Positions 58,492-64,000 of a stretch of DNA of 64,000 bases are shown here, piece by piece. Below the pieces are notes generated by a model. It was given only the letters and a program-made list of their open reading frames with translations. It was not told the origin of the DNA and did no database searches. A program made the position numbers and the translations under genes. This stretch comes from Tissierellia bacterium (GTDB taxonomy: Bacteria > Bacillota > Clostridia > Tissierellales > Sedimentibacteraceae), in assembly GCA_028709465.1 (NCBI GenBank), contig JAQVWY010000006.1, positions 4,536 to 68,535 of the forward strand, read 5' to 3'. Each line of letters opens with the position of its first letter. Positions within the stretch are counted from its first letter, which is position 1.

Positions 58492-59175
58492 AATTTTCTC
58501 ACATTCCTTTATAAATTATTGATAACATACTTATTAATTGAAATTGAATATTAATAAGCATGTACAATAATAATTATATTCTTATGGACAAAATGTGTTA
58601 CAAAATTAATTGCTTGTATATTAGCAGAAATTTTTATTATTATAATCTAACTTAGTTAGATATACTTTGTAAAATTAGATAAATTTATTGAATATAATGT
58701 TAAAAAATGTTAAAATGAGAATATTATTTTAAAGTCAGTTTTTATAATAACTGGAGGTTACTTCTAAATGGAAAATATAAAGAAGTATAAAATGACAATT
58801 ACAGGTGAAATAGATAAAAATGAGAATAAAGAAGACTTATAAATTGTTTAAGTACAAGTATAAATCATATAAAATATGATTTAATTAACTAGGCAATAAA
58901 AAAAAAAGTAAGAAATATATCAACAGTTGCATGAATCAAATAGTTGAGAGTCTTAGGGAGTCATAATAATACTAAAAACGCATGTGATTTTTATTAATAG
59001 CATGTGTTTTTATTTGCAGGTATTGTTGTTAAACAAATTGTTATAAAAATATCTGTAATATTTTAGGTTGGATTCTAAAGTTAACCCTTTAAAAAATTTT
59101 TAGGTGATCTTTTTATTATTATTGCAGTACTTAATAAAAATTATTCGTTATTATTATAAAGGGAGGAGGCGAGAC

Positions 59176-59730
59176 ATGGAAACTGAAAATCATTTAATTG
59201 AAAAAGCAGCATTAGGCGACGAGGATTCATTTTCAATTTTGATTGATAGTTACAAGAATTATGTATTTGCTATTATTCTAAATTTTATTAAAGATTATAA
59301 TGAAGTAGAAAATGTTGCACAGGAAGTTTTTTTTCAAATATATGTCTCCCTACCAAAATATGACCAAAAAAATTTTAAGGCTTGGATAGGTCGTATCACA
59401 ACTAATAAATCAATAGATTGGTTAAGAATGAAAAAATCTAAATTCAAGGATGAAGTATTAGACCAATTTGCAGATAATATTAGCATGGACCAAAAATATA
59501 ATCCAGAAATACTTATTATAGAGAAAGATAAAAAAGAGAAATTAACAAGAACATTGAACAGTATTCCAGATATTTACAGAGTTGTTTTAGAGAAATTTTA
59601 TTTTCTGGGGAAATCCTATGAGCTAATAGCTAAAGAAGAGAATGTACCCATAAAGACAATTGCATCTAGATTATATAGAGCAAAGATATTATTAAGAGAG
59701 AAGTGGAGGTGCGGAGATGAATCATTATGA
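59176..59730 (+). CDS. ECF-type RNA polymerase sigma factor
   Basis: gggaggagg RBS. Region 2 (AQEVFFQIY, W...I..N..IDWLR) and region 4 (SYELIAKEENVPIKTIASRLYRA). Confidence 0.85.
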   Translation: METENHLIEKAALGDEDSFSILIDSYKNYVFAIILNFIKDYNEVENVAQEVFFQIYVSLPKYDQKNFKAWIGRITTNKSIDWLRMKKSKFKDEVLDQFADNISMDQKYNPEILIIEKDKKEKLTRTLNSIPDIYRVVLEKFYFLGKSYELIAKEENVPIKTIASRLYRAKILLREKWRCGDESL

Positions 59731-60178
59731 TTATGTAGAATGGTTACTATATAAAAATAAAACACTAACAAATTCTAAAATAAAAGAAATGCAAGAACAT
59801 TTATATAATTGTGAAACTTGTATGGATACATTCCTCTCTTTAGTAGATGAGCAAGAAGAAGAACTTGTTGGAATAATTGTTCCATCAAATTTTGCTTCAA
59901 AAGTATTAGAAAATATCTCCCTAAATAAGATAAGAGATATTAAGCTTAGAAAAGTAAAAAAATCAGTTAATTATCAATTTGGATATTATGTTGCAGTTGC
60001 ATCTGTAACAATATTTTTAACATTAGGTGGATTTTACACTAATTTAGTGGATTCAGTGCCTAGAATAACTGCATCAATACAAGAAGTTGAAATACGGCAA
60101 AATTTAATAGCTGACTTTTCAAACAGGATTATAAATTCAACGTCAAATTTATTGATGAGTATTGAAAAAAATAAATAA
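59717..60178 (+). CDS. Anti-sigma factor with zinc-finger (ZAS-like HxxxCxxC) N-domain and one TM helix
   Basis: HLYNCETC motif. Overlaps the sigma gene by 14 nt. TM segment YYVAVASVTIFLTLGGFY. Confidence 0.7.
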   Translation: MNHYDYVEWLLYKNKTLTNSKIKEMQEHLYNCETCMDTFLSLVDEQEEELVGIIVPSNFASKVLENISLNKIRDIKLRKVKKSVNYQFGYYVAVASVTIFLTLGGFYTNLVDSVPRITASIQEVEIRQNLIADFSNRIINSTSNLLMSIEKNK

Positions 60179-60194
60179 TATTTAGGGAGGAATA

Positions 60195-61031
60195 ATGATG
60201 ATAGAAAAGAGTAAAATTATAGGATTTATATTGTCCTTTATACCAGGCTTATCTCATTTGTATATAGGATTAAAAGAAAGAGGCTTTATATTTTTAGGAA
60301 TGCTTGGAGCAGGTTTTTTAGGAACAATAATTCTTGAAATGATGTTTTATGGTGGTGGGCAAGTTTTTCTATTATTTATGTTTGGATATGCGGTGCTATG
60401 GCTAATAGCATTATTAGACTTGCTTTCAGCATGGCGTCTAGCAGAAAGAAGATATTATGAAAATATGACAATGGGAAATCATGAAACATATTATATGAGC
60501 AAAGAAGATATAAATAGCAGCAACAAAAAAAGCATAACTTTAGCATTATCCATTATCCCTGGAGCTGGTCATATGTATTTAGGATACCAGAGGAAAGGAT
60601 TATTGATAATGGGAGCATTTTTCTTCTCTATATTTTTTATGGGCTGGTTAGGTATATCATTGCTGTTATTTCTGTTGCCGCTAATATGGTTTTATAGTTT
60701 CTTTGATGCAATGCACATTGTAGAAGGTTCTTATAATGAAACTAAAGAACGAGAGATAGAATTACCAATAATAAAGCATGAATGGATTGGATATGGATTA
60801 ATTGGAATAGGTATAGTAATAATATTGGAACGAATACTCTATCCACTAATAAGTTATGAATTAAGAAGGTATATACAAACATCAATAGTATCATTAGTAT
60901 TAATTGTAATGGGATTAGTGCTGCTAAGGAATAATAAAATAGAAAATAAAGAAATGGAAGAAGATATCGAAAAGAATATTATCCAAGATTTGGATGAGAT
61001 AGCGGAGGAAGGTGATCATACTGAAAACTAG
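60195..61031 (+). CDS. Polytopic membrane protein with internally duplicated IPGxxHxYxG...(R/K)G module
   Basis: FIPGLSHLYIGLKERG at aa ~15 and IIPGAGHMYLGYQRKG at aa ~120. Acidic C-terminal tail. Confidence 0.6.
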   Translation: MMIEKSKIIGFILSFIPGLSHLYIGLKERGFIFLGMLGAGFLGTIILEMMFYGGGQVFLLFMFGYAVLWLIALLDLLSAWRLAERRYYENMTMGNHETYYMSKEDINSSNKKSITLALSIIPGAGHMYLGYQRKGLLIMGAFFFSIFFMGWLGISLLLFLLPLIWFYSFFDAMHIVEGSYNETKEREIELPIIKHEWIGYGLIGIGIVIILERILYPLISYELRRYIQTSIVSLVLIVMGLVLLRNNKIENKEMEEDIEKNIIQDLDEIAEEGDHTEN

Positions 61032-61377
61032 AAGAGTAGGTACAATATCGATGGCTATAGTACTTATTGGTTTTGGAATTCTATTATTGATTGCACAATT
61101 TAGTAAATCATCAGCGGTTGAATTAGCTGTTAAACTGTGGCCAGGAATATTAATATTAATAGGTGTAGAAATACTTTATTTTGTTAATGAAAGAAAAAAT
61201 GGTTCAGAAGACATAATTATTAAATACGATGTATTTTCCATATTTATAGTAACAATTATTGTGATTGTAAATATTGGAATATATGGTCTAATGGAAACAG
61301 GAATTTTAGACTACTTTAAATTAGTAGTTAGCAATGAAACTATAAGATACGAAAGGAATATAGAAAATTATAAATAA
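61012..61377 (+). CDS. Small membrane protein (LiaF-N/DUF-like, 3-4 TM)
   Basis: GTG start after gaggaagg, overlapping the upstream gene. Hydrophobic helices. Confidence 0.5.
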   Translation: MIILKTRRVGTISMAIVLIGFGILLLIAQFSKSSAVELAVKLWPGILILIGVEILYFVNERKNGSEDIIIKYDVFSIFIVTIIVIVNIGIYGLMETGILDYFKLVVSNETIRYERNIENYK

Positions 61378-61547
61378 ACTAATAAATTTATTATTAAGTA
61401 GCTAATGAAAATTCCGTCTTTTTATTAATATGGTGTGAAGTAGATGGTACGTAATCTATTTTTAGGGATAATAAATTATTTTATGGATATTTTGGAACGG
61501 ATTAATTCGCTTTTTATATGCTTCCGTTCCTATTCATTTAATTTATT

Positions 61548-61913
61548 TCAATCTTTTTTTTGTGTAGATTTATAACTGTTTTGTGTTTCTAAAATTATGT
61601 TATTTACAATTTCAATGATATCTTCAGTATAAGAAAGATATGGTTCGGATAAACTTTTAGTAGTTAAAGGAAAAGCATTATTTGACGATAAACGTCCAAA
61701 TAATATGTAATCAGCGGATATATTATAGTTGTTACATATTTTATAAAGTGTTGATACTGACATTCCTTTTTTACCATTTTCAATTTCAGCAAGAAATTGG
61801 GGGGAGATATTAGCTTTTTCAGCAAATTCTTCGCGAGTCATATTTAATTTTTCTCGCTGCTTACGTAGCCTTTTACCAATCAGAATTATAATATTTTCTT
61901 TCAATTTTATCAC
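61548..61913 (-). CDS. XRE-family helix-turn-helix transcriptional regulator
   Basis: LNMTREEFAEKANISPQFLAEIENGKK HTH. The start may be TTG at 61904 rather than GTG at 61913. Confidence 0.85.
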   Translation of the reverse strand: MIKLKENIIILIGKRLRKQREKLNMTREEFAEKANISPQFLAEIENGKKGMSVSTLYKICNNYNISADYILFGRLSSNNAFPLTTKSLSEPYLSYTEDIIEIVNNIILETQNSYKSTQKKD

Positions 61914-62022
61914 CTCTATTATATATTAACCATTGCTTTCAGCGTAATAAATAAGCTATAATTATAATAATAAGCTGATAGCGTATTTATCTCTAATAAA
62001 ATTTAAATTTGAGGTGTAGAAA

Positions 62023-62559
62023 TTGAAAAAATTTAAGACCTGTTGTTTTATAGATTATTACCCGCAAGATTATTTTATGGATTTAGATGTTAAAAGTTCG
62101 AATTTTATTAAATTAAAATCAAGATTAAAAGAGACTATGACTATTTTAATTGAAGATTTTTCAGTAACTCATTTTATAAGTGGAATGGAATTTGGATTAG
62201 AACAGCTTTCTGCAGAAATTGTTCTTGATTTAAAAACTAAATTTCCTAGTATTACTTTAGAGGGGGCAATTCCTTATGAAAATCAAGTAATTAATTGGAC
62301 TGAATCTCAGCGTGATAAGTACTATTCTATTATGCAAAAAATTGATAATGAAGTTCTGCTGCAATATCATTACTCTTATGATTGCATGAGAAAACGTAAT
62401 TTATACATGATGAATAAATCTAAATTTATTATATTGTATACAAATAATACAAATAAAATAGATAATATTAATGAATATGCAAAATCTATTGGAAAATTTG
62501 TTATTAATATGGATATAGAGACTTCAAATATAATTCCAAGAATAAAAATATTCAGGTAA
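62023..62559 (+). CDS. SLOG-fold DUF1273 (YpsA-like) protein
   Basis: CCF... N-terminus, ISGMEFGLEQLSAEIVL, IPYENQ...W and RN..M motifs. TTG start 6 nt after gaggtg. Confidence 0.65.
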   Translation: MKKFKTCCFIDYYPQDYFMDLDVKSSNFIKLKSRLKETMTILIEDFSVTHFISGMEFGLEQLSAEIVLDLKTKFPSITLEGAIPYENQVINWTESQRDKYYSIMQKIDNEVLLQYHYSYDCMRKRNLYMMNKSKFIILYTNNTNKIDNINEYAKSIGKFVINMDIETSNIIPRIKIFR

Positions 62560-62799
62560 TACTGAAACAAAAATCTATATCTATCGTCTATTATTAAATA
62601 ATTCCCCTTTATATCAGAAGTATATTTACAGAAATATAATTATGTAAACCAAGGGTTTATAATTAGTGTAAATATTAAAATGAATGAACGTTAAATTTTA
62701 ATATTTTAATGTATTAATATCAATAATTTAAATTTAGTAGTTACTTTAATGTATAATAGAGGATAAGTGAATAGAATTTGTAAATAAATGAGGTAAATA

Positions 62800-63507
62800 A
62801 TGATTTATAATAATATTAAAAAAGCAAAATTTATTAATCGACCTAATCGTTTTATTGCTAATATTGAGATAGGTGGAAAGAATGAAGTTTGTCATGTAAA
62901 AAATACTGGACGCTGCAAAGAAATATTAACTAATGAAGCAACAGTATTTGTTCAAGAATTTGATAATCCAAAACGTAAAACAAAATTTGATTTGATTTCT
63001 GCCTATAAAGGAAGTGCATTAATAAATATTGATAGTCAAGCGCCTAATAAAGTATTCCATGAATGGATTTTAAATAGTGGTTTTTTTGAAGATATTACTT
63101 TAATAAAACCAGAATACAAATACAAAAACTCACGATTTGATTTTTATATAGAAACACTTAAAAAGAAAATATTAGTAGAGGTCAAAGGAGTAACATTAGA
63201 GGAAAATGGTATAGTTAAGTTCCCTGATGCTCCAACATTGAGGGGGTTGAAGCATATAAATGAACTTATTAGCTCAATTGAAGATGGCTATGAATCCTAT
63301 GTGTTTTTTGTAATTCAAATGAAAGGTGTTTTGTATTTTACTCCAAATTTTGAAACTCATAAAGATTTTGGAGATGCATTGATTTTAGCTAAAAAAATGG
63401 GAGTAAAAATATTTGCAGTTGATTGTGAAGTTACAGAAAACAGCATAGAGGTAATTAATTTTGTTGACGTAAAATTAAAACATGCTCCTACTTATCATAA
63501 TTTATAA
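62800..63507 (+). CDS. sfsA: Sugar fermentation stimulation protein A (SfsA nuclease-fold)
   Basis: F..R.NRF.A.....G....CHV.NTGR N-terminus. 235 aa. Confidence 0.85.
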   Translation: MIYNNIKKAKFINRPNRFIANIEIGGKNEVCHVKNTGRCKEILTNEATVFVQEFDNPKRKTKFDLISAYKGSALINIDSQAPNKVFHEWILNSGFFEDITLIKPEYKYKNSRFDFYIETLKKKILVEVKGVTLEENGIVKFPDAPTLRGLKHINELISSIEDGYESYVFFVIQMKGVLYFTPNFETHKDFGDALILAKKMGVKIFAVDCEVTENSIEVINFVDVKLKHAPTYHNL

Positions 63508-63658
63508 TAAAGAATGATGTTTAGAGTTTAGGTTAAAGTTGAAAAATTTAATAAATTGTTAATAATTAGTTTATAGTTATTCAAGACTGATAATGTACTA
63601 TATAATTGTACTACAAAAATGCTTAAGCTTAGTAGTAATTATAAAGAGGAGGTAAAAA

Positions 63659-64000
63659 ATGAGATTTAGTAAAAAAACAGCTACCATATGTGCTTTTTTT
63701 CTTGGCGTTACAATATTAACAGGGGCAGCCCTTGCAGATACTATGCTTGGATCAGGATTTCATAGCTTGAAAAACTCTTTAAAGACAACAATGACAAAAT
63801 TAACCAGTGATGTTGATAATTTTAATGTTAATATGATTATAACTGCTAAAGTTGACGGCGAGATTTTTACGGAATTAATTAGTGATACAAAATTTGATAT
63901 TGCTGGCCAAGCCCAAGAAATAAACGAAACAATATTAAAAAAAGGTGAAAAAAGGGAGATTTATTCTTATAGTGATGAAGATAAGAGTATATATAGAAAT
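63659..64000 (+). CDS. Secreted hypothetical protein, N-terminal part; 3' end outside window
   Basis: agaggagg RBS. Signal peptide MRFSKKTATICAFFLGVTILTGAALA. Frame open to nt 64000. Confidence 0.6.
   Translation, partial: MRFSKKTATICAFFLGVTILTGAALADTMLGSGFHSLKNSLKTTMTKLTSDVDNFNVNMIITAKVDGEIFTELISDTKFDIAGQAQEINETILKKGEKREIYSYSDEDKSIYRN

Noticed and set aside
1-64000. Searched by eye for rRNA, tRNA, transposase/integrase, phage structural genes and cas genes.
   Set aside because: None recognised. The intergenic regions I examined lack tRNA-like GTTCGAATC/T-loop signatures, and no ORF translation resembles recombinases.

Overview
Low-GC Firmicutes (Clostridia-type, spore-forming) chromosomal segment. 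About 80% is a conserved, almost entirely plus-strand housekeeping backbone. Its order is collinear with the known Bacillus/Clostridium arrangement: comM-dprA-topA, rpsB-tsf-pyrH-frr-uppS-cdsA-rseP-ispG, rimP-nusA-ylxR-ylxQ-infB-rbfA-nrnA-truB-ribF-rpsO-pnp-ylxY-M16 peptidase-dut-ymxH-TepA-like-ftsK-rimO-pgsA-recA-rny. The left end carries a corrinoid-methyltransferase module, a Sir2 deacylase and a three-subunit molybdopterin (xanthine dehydrogenase family) oxidoreductase. Accessory material sits at operon junctions. It includes a SpoIID-like/PG-binding gene flanked by a duplicated topA 3' end, MgtC, a T-box-controlled paaK-ACT pair with a probable iorA stub, and a VbhA/Fic toxin-antitoxin pair whose antitoxin is below the ORF-track cutoff. 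The right-hand accessory block (51-63 kb) holds a DUF2304/GT-C-like/SMR-like membrane cluster, an orphan SagB-type dehydrogenase, an ECF sigma/anti-sigma/membrane operon and an XRE-SLOG pair. The most novel-looking item is a pair of adjacent paralogous minus-strand genes (55995-57164 and 57370-58491). Each encodes four ~85-91-aa helical repeats, one protein Cys-free and one Cys-rich, and I cannot assign them to a named family. A palindromic intergenic repeat family (at least 8 full or partial copies) marks many operon ends. An 11-bp periodic direct-plus-inverted repeat array lies between rseP and ispG. I recognised no rRNA, tRNA, CRISPR array, transposase or prophage genes. All coordinates of small motifs were counted by hand and may be off by 1-2 nt.
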